Made by a program: the position numbers and the translations under genes. A DNA stretch of 13,089 nucleotides, from contig NW_021826335.1 of assembly GCF_006345805.1 (NCBI RefSeq), positions 1 through 13,089 on the forward strand. Reading direction: 5' to 3'. Positions 1-8,767 of this stretch are shown here, piece after piece. The DNA is from Octopus sinensis (Eukaryota). The notes below the pieces were generated by a model. That model worked only from the letters and a program-made list of their open reading frames with translations, made no database searches and had not been told where the DNA came from. Positions within the stretch are counted from its first letter, which is position 1; every line of letters begins with the position of its first letter.

Positions 1-94
1 ATATATTTATATATATATAATATATGTATATTGGTAAAAACAGTAAGATAACAAAAGAAAGAAAGAGACCTCAATATTATGTAAATAGAGGAAA

Positions 95-491
95 TCTTTA
101 TATATAAAAGTGAGGTTGTGTGTCTGTCTCCTAGATTTAGATTCCTAACTACTCCCACATTTTGCGGTGCAGTTTAACCAAAACCGGGTATCTTATAGTC
201 GTGATTCATATCGAGACCGTCTGGGTATTAGCGCGTGTCACGATGAGTCTACGATTTAAAAAAAAAAATTACCATCAATTTTTCCCTTTTTTAATCCATT
301 TTTGACATATATAAGGGAAGTAACCACTCTCTAAAATTTATTATTAAATCTCAGAACGTAAAAAGCTACAGTAACACCCCTCCCCCTTTGTGGTTAGCTA
401 TATTGAGATGGCTATTATACTTTACATCTCTAAAAATGCTTATATAATTATTTCCCTTACAAACCCGAGCAACGCCGGGCGATACTGCTAG
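95..491 (+). mobile_element. Non-autonomous Helitron-like element, apparently complete (397 bp)
   Basis: Starts A|TC (TCTTTATATATAAAAG at 95) and ends CTAG|T (488-491, T492), so it sits in an A^T dinucleotide with no TSD. A subterminal GC-rich hairpin CCCG-A-GC-AAC-GC-CGGG (464-479) ends 12 nt before the 3' end. These are the established Helitron terminal hallmarks. No Rep/Hel ORF. Confidence 0.75.
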
Positions 492-507
492 TATATATAT
501 ATATGCT

Positions 508-554
508 AGTTTGATAAGTGCCGACGTACGAAACTCTTCGGACCTTGAGTCACT
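508..554 (+). ncRNA. Candidate type I hammerhead ribozyme with U3:A8 core variant
   Basis: Helix I AGU(508-510)/ACU(552-554); core UUGAUAA (511-517); helix II GUGC(518-521)/GUAC(526-529) with loop CGAC; GAAA (530-533); helix III ACUC(533-536)/GAGU(547-550); cleavage triplet GUC (549-551). Folded by eye; activity untested. Confidence 0.6.
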
Positions 555-578
555 CTGATACTTCCGTTAAATATTAAT

Positions 579-716
579 AGCTTGCTTACGAACCACATGA
601 TTCCGGCTTCAGTCCCACTGCGTGGCACCTTTGGCAAGTGTCTTCTACTATAGCCTCGAGCCGACCAAAGCCTTGTGAGTGGATCTGGTAGACGGAAACT
701 GAAAGAACCCCATCAT
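579..716 (+). mobile_element. tRNA-derived CORE-like SINE, family A, 5'-truncated copy
   Basis: 601-669 matches the reverse complement of 1282-1350 at 62/69 nt. Contains B-box-like CCGGCTTCAGTCCC and the CORE-like GTGGCACCTT(T)GGCAAGTG, compared with MIR CORE GTGACCTTGGGCAAGT. Resembles octopus OR-type SINEs from memory. Confidence 0.85.
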
Positions 717-845
717 GTGTGTTTCTCTCGCAGGAAGGCCTAGTTTTGACGAGTTGTGTCCTGTCTTGCCTTCGAAACACGCTTGAGTCTAAATAGCGAC
801 AGCTGATGATTGGGGATTTTTCCTTGTGTAGTATGTCCTGTACTT

Positions 846-952
846 TGTTTTTCTGTTGTAAAAAAATGTTTTTCCCGTTTTCGTTTCTCGTCCAGTTCCA
901 CTTCTCTGTTTTTCTGTTGTAAAAAAATGGCTTTTCCGTTTTTGTTTCTCGT
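846..952. repeat. 46-bp direct repeat, 2 copies, period 61
   Basis: 846-891 and 907-952 (TGTTTTTCTGTTGTAAAAAAATG...GTTTCTCGT) are identical at 42/46 positions. Confidence 0.9.
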
Positions 953-990
953 TGTGTTCTACGTCTAGTTGTGGTGTCCTGTACTCAAGT

Positions 991-1096
991 ATATATATTT
1001 ATATATGCATGTATATATACATGTAGATGTAGATACGTACATATATGTTTGTATGTATGTATATATTTTATTTATTACACTATATATATATATATA
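991..1096. repeat. Compound (TA)n/(TATG)n microsatellite
   Basis: Directly visible. Confidence 0.9.
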
Positions 1097-1127
1097 CTAG
1101 CAGAGATACTTGCGTTGCCCGTGTTAC
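1097..1127 (-). mobile_element. Helitron 3' terminus (second element, 5' extent undetermined)
   Basis: Minus strand reads GTAACACGGGCAACGCAAGTATCTCTG-CTAG|TATATA. It shares CG(A/G)GCAACGC and CTGCTAG|TATATA with the 3' end of 95-491; the hairpin is degenerate. Confidence 0.55.
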
Positions 1128-1267
1128 ATGCAATTGAAGAATTAAACTTTTCTGTTATATTTTGTGTAATGAACTGGAATACTTATGTTTCGAATTTCAT
1201 CAAAATTGCAGATGACTGTTATTTCTTTCTTTACACACCCTAAAAAAGTTGTAATCGTGTCACATAT

Positions 1268-1380
1268 ATCCCATACAAGGATTTGGTCGGCCCGAGGCTA
1301 TAGTAGAAGACACTTGCCCAAGGTTCCACGCAATAGAACTGAACCCGGAACCATGTAGTTGCGAAGCCACACCTGCGCCT
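1268..1380 (-). mobile_element. SINE family A copy
   Basis: About 90% identical to 601-669. B-box-like GGGTTCAGTTC on the minus strand. The 5' end AGGCGCAGGTGTGG (reverse complement of 1367-1380) resembles the 5' end of the copy at 11945-12059, with an internal deletion of the A-box region. Confidence 0.85.
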
Positions 1381-1627
1381 ATAGTTATTTAATCATACTG
1401 CATCGAATCCGCACTACTTAATTATATTCCAAATGCGACCCAACAACCAACCCCTGCCCAGAATTTTTCCCGATCATCTCCAGGAAGAACATATAAAAGA
1501 CTGATGCTGTGGCCTTTCATGTTATGTTATACAGTGTGTAGGTTTAAAGCAAATTTGCGATTAAATAGTCTTATGTGTTCATGAAATTTCCTACGATAAC
1601 AGCTTTTTACTTAACGCTCCTAGTTCG

Positions 1628-1721
1628 TGTGTGTGTATGTATGCATGTATGTATGGATGGATGGATGGATGGATGGATGGATGGATGGATGGTTAGCAAG
1701 CGTGATAGAGAGATTGGCGAA

Positions 1722-1755
<34 letters not shown>

Positions 1756-1810
1756 CGTACGTGTGTATGTATGCCTAGATATGTATGTATGTACATGTAT
1801 GCATGTGGGC
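1628..1810. repeat. Compound microsatellite (TG)n, (TATG)n, (ATGG)10 at 1653-1692, (TA)n
   Basis: Directly visible. Confidence 0.95.
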
Positions 1811-1897
1811 GTGCTTAAATGCGCGTATGTGTTAGCATATATGTTTTTTGTATGTAAGTATTTATGTACGAGAGGCAGAAGCGCGTTTGTAGGAATG

Positions 1898-1899
<2 letters not shown>

Positions 1900-1938
<39 letters not shown>

Positions 1939-2111
1939 CACCACACGCACACACACACATATATATACATATATATGTGTTTATGTATATATATATATAT
2001 ATATATGTATACATAATTATATATACATATGTATACATACATACATACGTACATACATAGACACACACACACACATACATACATACATACATACATACAT
2101 ACATACATACA

Positions 2112-2145
<34 letters not shown>

Positions 2146-2165
2146 CATACATACATACATACATA
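1900..2165. repeat. Compound (TA)n/(CA)n/(TACA)n microsatellite
   Basis: Directly visible; near-pure (TACA)n over about 2075-2160. Confidence 0.95.
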
Positions 2166-2314
2166 TAAATGTCTATTGATATAAACATCATCACGCTTCT
2201 CATAGCCCTTTGACATGTTTGGCAAGATTCAACTCTGGATAATGGAATGGTTCTCTGCCAGTCTTTTACAAATAACCAAATAACCAAAGAGAATCCTACG
2301 TGGTCAGTTGGCCT

Positions 2315-2508
2315 GTTTCAGTCACTTGAATCTGACCATTCTGGGGCATCGTTTTGAAGGGTTTTTCGTCGAACAAACTGACACCCAGATTATGATTTGT
2401 TTTTTTATTTTCAATTTTTTTTCGTTTTTTTTTCTAAAGCCTGGTATTTATATTCTATTGGTTCTTTTCCCGAACTGCTATGTTACGGGGACGTAAACAA
2501 ACCAAGAC
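2315..2508 (-). mobile_element. Diverged 3' half of a SINE (probably family A tail)
   Basis: CAGTCACTTGAATCTGACCATTCTGGGGCATC (2319-2350) aligns with CAGTCATTTGACTGCGGCCATGCTAGAGCACC (12611-12642). It also carries GTTACGGGGACGTAAAC, recalled from octopus SINE tails. Linkage to family A is from memory and unverified. Confidence 0.55.
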
Positions 2509-2986
2509 TATGGCACCCTCTCCTTACACAGCACAAATGTCGCGAGCAGCTTTTGCGGCCTTAGAACCTTGATTAAAAACAAAAAGGTGTCGAAAATACT
2601 CGTTTTTCTTAACTTGATATATATATATATATATACAACTGTATGTACATATGTATGTATGGACGTTCGTATATGTAAATATAACGTTTGTTCTGTATAT
2701 ATATATTTGTATTTATGTGCCCATCAGATATATTCAACTGATGAAGGCAGAGCCTATTTGAAGCAAAACTAGAAATCCAGGATCTTGAATTATTCAGTAA
2801 TATCTTTTTGCTAGTCTATTTTGTCCCTCTGTCTTATCTCATGGTGCGATATGAACATTTAAGGTGGTTCTTAGAGTCAGGGATTTGACTGCTATTTCGG
2901 CATGGTGGTGTCTCTCAGACGCCCTTATTTTTAGTTGTAAAAATTATTACCTTTGTATGGTATTTTTTCCCATGCTGCCCACTTGG

Positions 2987-3014
2987 TAATATCGATATTT
3001 AAATATCGATATTA
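2987..3014. repeat. Perfect 28-bp nested palindrome
   Basis: TAATATCGATATTT|AAATATCGATATTA. Each arm contains the self-complementary 12-mer AATATCGATATT. Confidence 0.95.
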
Positions 3015-3394
3015 TCCTTATTTATAATATATATATATATATATATCGGATGAATGTGAGTTTGTCCTCTAAATGGAATAATTTCATCAGATTTAAATCG
3101 GTATGACTGCAAGAACGAATACAATATGATGACTAAAAGAAAATCTTTGTACTTCTAACGTCTTTTTTTAGACTTTATACCAGCTACTGCCCAGTACAAA
3201 TATGACTATTACGATTTTCTATTATGAATATCTGAATCTTTTTGTATGGAGCAAATTGTATCGCGACATGAAAAATAAAAACCGTAATCGATTTTAACAT
3301 TTAACCTCCACCATTACAGAAATATGAATGAATTTGTTTGATGTTTGTTTAACAAGTTAAATCATATACTGATTATTGCTATATATATTATATA

Positions 3395-3528
3395 CGACGG
3401 ACTTCCAAACCGTTTCCCTTTAACAAATTCACTCAGAGGACATTGCTCATCCCGGGGTATTGTAGTAGACACATTTGCCCAAGGTGCCGCAAAGTGGGAC
3501 TAAACCCCGAAACTCTGTGATTGCGAAG
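3395..3528 (-). mobile_element. SINE family A, older diverged copy
   Basis: GTAGTAGACACATTTGCCCAAGGTGCCGCAAAGTGGGACTAAACCCCGAAAC aligns with 1300-1351. The 3395-3435 segment aligns with the reverse complement of 675-716. Confidence 0.75.
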
Positions 3529-3531
3529 TGC

Positions 3532-3538
<7 letters not shown>

Positions 3539-3579
<41 letters not shown>

Positions 3580-3665
3580 ACTCTTACTTTCATCATCGTC
3601 GTTGTCGTTGTCGTCGTCGTTCCCAGCATCATCATCATCATCATCATCATCATCACCATCATCAC

Positions 3666-3716
<51 letters not shown>

Positions 3717-3765
3717 CATCATCATCATCATCATTATCACCATCATCATCATCATCATCATCATC

Positions 3766-3823
<58 letters not shown>

Positions 3824-3865
3824 GTCTCCTCCACCACCATTGTCGTCGTCGTCGTCATCATCATC
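3539..3865. repeat. (TA)n (3539-3570) followed by long (CAT)n tract (core 3627-3823)
   Basis: Directly visible; source of the poly-His/Asp/Met/Ile/Ser ORFs. Confidence 0.97.
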
Positions 3866-4019
3866 AGTACCACCATCCTCTTCTTTCCGTCCCTATTTCC
3901 TAATCATTTCGATATTTTTTTAACTTTACGTGTGAGAAATCAACAACGAAGAATTGTTTGGCAAGTGAAGGGGGGGGGGGCTTGAGAATGGGGGCGGTCG
4001 AGTATGCGCGCGTGTGTAA

Positions 4020-4218
4020 TGTATATGTGTGCGTAAATATATGTGAGAAGGAGGAGGGAGAGAACATACACACATGTCACATACATACACAAATATATGT
4101 ATATATATATATATATACCTATGTGTATGTGTGTGTGTATATATATATACAAACGTCGTTGGGCGTGAGTATAAATGCGTTTGTAATATATACATAGATA
4201 TATACACGTAAACACCAC

Positions 4219-4274
<56 letters not shown>

Positions 4275-4510
4275 ATCGCGCACATACATACACACCCATA
4301 TATAAATGCGGATGCGTGTATGTATTAGTGTGAATAAATAGATACATGCTTATGTGTATATTTTATGTATACGTGTGTTTGTATATGTGTGCATGTGCGT
4401 ACGTGTGTGAACGTGCCTGTGTGTGTGTATTATATATGTGTGTGTAAGTATCTATGCATGCATGTACATATGTACATATGTACGTACGTACGTGTCAAAT
4501 GCATGTGTAC
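4020..4510. repeat. Degenerate alternating purine-pyrimidine (TA/TG/CA) microsatellite field
   Basis: Directly visible. Confidence 0.9.
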
Positions 4511-5117
4511 GGAAATTAAGTTGCGACTGAAGAGAGTTGCCTGGAGGAAGGTGGGTTCATGCTCGCGGTGAAGGCGGGGATTGCGGTGATGACGACGATG
4601 GTGGCAGTGGTGGTAGTGCTGGTGGTGCATGTGGTAGCAGAAACAATATCGATGGTAGGGACTAGTGTTAGATCTTAAGTTGTAAGGTGTGAGAATGAGT
4701 GAAGATGGGTGGAGATGAATGCTAGTGACGCCATGCTATCTATTTGTTAGATATCTATTTCACACCCTCCACATTATAATTTCACACACAATCACCACTC
4801 CCCTTACCATGACCACCCCCACTTCTACCTTTCTGTTCCTCTCTTTCTCTCTCCCTCTCTCTTTCTTTCTCTCTTTCTCTCTGAAACTTACATGCAACAC
4901 CCACTTCTACTGATACGTACACAATTTTACGCATAAGCACATACATGCATACGTACACATATATACACATTCATACACATACATACATATACATGCATAC
5001 ACACACACACACGTATACATATATACACGACTTCTTCTCTGCCTCCATTTGTCTCCTTTACGAGACGTGATACCAACTTAAAACTGGACACAATTGACCA
5101 AGTGAACAATAGTGTCA

Positions 5118-6060
5118 ATGACAGCGCTGATGGTGGTGGTGATGGTGATGGTTGTGCGTGGTGGTGGTGATGGTGGTGGTGGTGGTGGTTGTGATGGTGG
5201 TGGTGGTGGTGATGGTGGTGGTGATGGTGGTGGTGGTGGTGGTGGTGATGGTTGTGGCGATGGTGGGGTGGTGTGGTGGTGTGGTGGTGGTGGTGACGAT
5301 GATGGTAATGAAGATGATGCTGATGATAGTAGTGGTGCTGGTAGTGGTGATAGTTGTAGCGGAGGTAGTGGAAGTGGTGTGAGCGAGGTGGCGATGGCAG
5401 TGTTCGGTGATGGTAATAGTGATGGATGTGGTGGCGGTGGTGGTGGCGGAGGCTGTGGCGGAGGCGGTGGCGGAGTGGTGGTGGTCGTCGTCGTCATCGT
5501 GATGTTGGTGGTAAAGGTGGTGCTGGTGCTGGTGGTTGCGGAGGTGGCTGTGGGGATGGTGGTGGTGATGGTGGTGGTGGTGGTAGTGGTGGTGGCGGCG
5601 GTGGCGGTGGCGGAGGTGGTGGTGGTGGTCGTCGTCATCGTGATGTTGGTGGTAAAGGTGGTGGTGGTGCTGGTGGTTGTGGAGGTGGCTGTGGGGATGG
5701 TAGTGGTGATGGTGGTGGTGGTGGTAGTGGTGGTGGCGGCGGTGGCGGTGGCGGAGGTGGTGGCGGTGGTGGTGGCGGAGGTGGTGGCGGTGGTAGTGGC
5801 GGAGGTGGTGGCGGTGGTAGTGGCGGTGGTGGTGTGGTGGTCGTCGTCGTCGTCGTCGTGATGTTGGTGGTAAAGGTGGTGATGTGTGGTGGTGGTGGTG
5901 GTGGTAGTAGTGGTGGTGGTGGTGATGGTTTTGGTGGTTATAGTGGTGGCCAAAGACTGAGAAGGCTATGACGGTGGTGGCGGCAGTCGCCGCAGTTAAT
6001 GGTTCTGGCGGTGGCAGTGGTGGTGATGGTCGTCGTCGTCGTCGTCATCGTCGTTGCAGC
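5118..6060. repeat. (GGT)n-based cryptic repeat containing a 141-bp higher-order unit
   Basis: Marker CATCGTGATGTTGGTGGTAAAGG occurs at 5495 and 5636 (period 141). A third marker near 5854 follows an expansion of a 24-bp subunit (GGCGGAGGTGGTGGCGGTGGTAGT-like, about 3 copies). Confidence 0.9.
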
Positions 6061-6592
6061 AGTGTCAGCATCGGCTACCATGGCACGTGGTGGTGTAAAC
6101 AGGAGTGGTTGGGTGGATGTTTGAGTTGAGGCATGCTAAGAGGGAGCACCTTTCGGCCCCTTGCCTCGCACAATCGGGGTTCCCTCTTTATCCCCCTTGA
6201 CAATAGCCTTCATTTTGTTCTTTACCTCCAGCTTTATTCATCAAACACCAGCAGCGCCACCTGCACCAATACTGCTTTAAAGCACGTGGGGTACACTGCG
6301 CGGTTGCCAAGGGTACCCCACCCTCCGGATAGAGGGAGCCTGATGTTAATCTACGTATGATATAGTCTGTGGTTGTATATGCAGGAGGCCCAGTGGTGGG
6401 GCTTATAATGTTGATGCATATATGTAGTTGCTGAACCTACTAGTTAGAGTAGTTAAATCTCCCTCAAATCACACACAGACACACTATTGTCTTTACAACA
6501 AGCACGTTCGATAATGTGGACAGGAGTTCTCAAATGGTTAGAATAGAGACGAGATGGTCACAAATGGAATGCTTCTACTCATTTAAGGATGA

Positions 6593-7405
6593 TACATACA
6601 TACATACATAAATGTATACACACATTCACAGACATATACATACATTTATACACACATACATACACACATACATACATACATACATACACACACACATGCA
6701 TACATACATACATACATACATATATACATACATACAAACATACATACATCACACACATATATACATACACATAATACACACATACATACATACATACATA
6801 CACACATACATACATACATACATACATACATACATACATACATACATACATACACATACATACATACATACATACATACATACACATATACATACACACA
6901 TACATACACACACATACATACATACATACACAAATACATACACACATACATACACACATACATACATACACACATACATACACACATACATACACACATA
7001 CATACATACATACATCACACACATATATACATACACACACATATATACATACACATAATACATACATACATAACACATACATACATACATACACACACAT
7101 ACATACATACATACATACATACATACATAAAAACATACATACATACATACATACATTCATACACACATACATACATACATACATACACACACACATACAT
7201 ACATACATACACACACATACATACATACATACATACATACATACACACATACATACATACATACATACATACACACACATACATACACACATTCATACAT
7301 ACATACATACATAAAAATCACATACATACATATACACACACATACATACATACACACACATACATACACATACATACATACATACATACATACATACATA
7401 CATAC
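6593..7405. repeat. About 810-bp (TACA)n/(CA)n array
   Basis: Directly visible. The variant block CATCACACACATATATACATACAC recurs at 6747 and 7013. Confidence 0.97.
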
Positions 7406-7409
7406 AGCA

Positions 7410-7912
7410 TCGTGCCGTCTTCCCATCGACATCACTACCGCCATCGCTAATAACAACAGCAACAAAACCGACTCGCATCAGCACGTAACACCAACACGTT
7501 TCCAAAGCGCCACCAGCAGCGTCAACATCAACAACAACAACAATAGTGTGCCACCGGCGGCACATCGCAATAACAAACAAACAAATGGCGATCATCAACA
7601 ATTTGTCACATACATCATCTATTCATACCATCACCACCATCACCACCAACAACACCACCACCACAACCATCCATCGTTACCACGCTACCAGCATCACTGT
7701 CATCACGTCACATTACCCTCTTCCTCGCCACCACCAACACCATCATTGAGCAGCCCCACCACTGCCGCTATCCGGAGACAACACCACCACTACCACCACC
7801 ACTACCACCACCACGAATAGCAACACCGTCATCCCTGGACCCTACATCACCCTTCTTTCCGCCGCCACCATCGCCAACATCCCAACCTTCAATATACACC
7901 AACACCGCACGT

Positions 7913-7946
<34 letters not shown>

Positions 7947-8215
7947 ACTACGACCACCGCCACCCCTCGACTCACATTACCCTTCTCCCCTGCCGCACAC
8001 CATCGCCAACATCACCACCTCCAATAGCACCAACCCCCACACACCGTTACCACCATCACCACCACTACAACTACCACCACCATTCCTCGTGTTTATACTA
8101 CCTTTCTCTCCTCTACCACCTCCAATACCACAAACTACCACCACCATCTCTACCTCCACTAACCCCTCGCCACCAGCCACCACTACTACCACTACCACCA
8201 CTACCACCACCACCA
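7410..8215. repeat. (CAC)n/(CAA)n/(CCG)n cryptic repeat with a diverged ~132-bp unit
   Basis: Marker ACAT(T/C)ACCCT...CACCA occurs at 7710, 7844 and 7974. Confidence 0.75.
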
Positions 8216-8328
8216 GTCCATTCCTGCTCTAATTACAGACGACCAAACTGACACAGCCAACTATAACGTGCGTCGTTTAACACTCTAAATCAATTAATTG
8301 TAAACAACTTCTTCAACTTTTCAAGTCG

Positions 8329-8383
8329 ACTTCCTTTTCGGCGGCCATCTTATTTAATATTGCAGCCATCTTTCACTTCCGGT
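8329..8383 (-). promoter_or_regulatory. Promoter-like cluster: two YY1-type and one ETS/GABP-type motif
   Basis: Minus strand reads ACCGGAAGTG (8374-8383), AAAGATGGCTGC (8362-8373) and AAGATGGCCGCC (8340-8351), inside a non-repetitive island. Motif match only. Confidence 0.35.
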
Positions 8384-8767
8384 CTTTGGACACAATTTTG
8401 TTTTATTTGTTTCGTTTTTCCATCATTCAGGCTCCCGTTCTTGTGTATTTCTTAAATACACATCAACAAACAACGTCTTCATCATCATCAGTAACAACAA
8501 CAGCGTCGACAATAACTATAATATGAATAAAGAAAATAAAGCTACGTTGATGACTTCTAATTCTAACTTAGCCATTTCAATTATTGTCTTTTGTTTAATC
8601 GACGTCGTCGTCACTGTCATCGTTGTAATTGTTGTTCTTGTTATTGCTGCTATTATCATCATCGTCGTCGTCGTCATCGTTGTCGTCATTGATACAACCA
8701 TCAGCATTATCATCACCATTATCATCAATAACACCTCCGTCTGTCAACACTATCACCACCACCACCT

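Noticed and set aside
32-94. Possible retroelement terminal fragment left of the Helitron
   Set aside because: Only 63 nt, with no second copy or diagnostic motif in the window.
586-780. 64-aa ORF, and the similar ORF ends at 3433-3520 and 11950-12050
   Set aside because: These are translations of SINE family A sequence, not genes.
846-952. CRISPR-like repeat-spacer pattern
   Set aside because: Only two T-rich copies with a 15-nt gap, in eukaryotic context with no cas genes. The minisatellites elsewhere have repetitive linkers rather than unique spacers.
5655-5703. Similarity between the 141-bp unit and the 10889-11790 unit (AAGGTGGTGG...TTGTGG...GGGGATGGTAGT)
   Set aside because: Both are GGT-derived low-complexity sequences, so convergence cannot be told from homology by eye.
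6133-6360. 75-aa ORF in the unique island, with an acceptor-like TTCTTTACCTCCAG
   Set aside because: No recognisable protein similarity and no convincing downstream donor.
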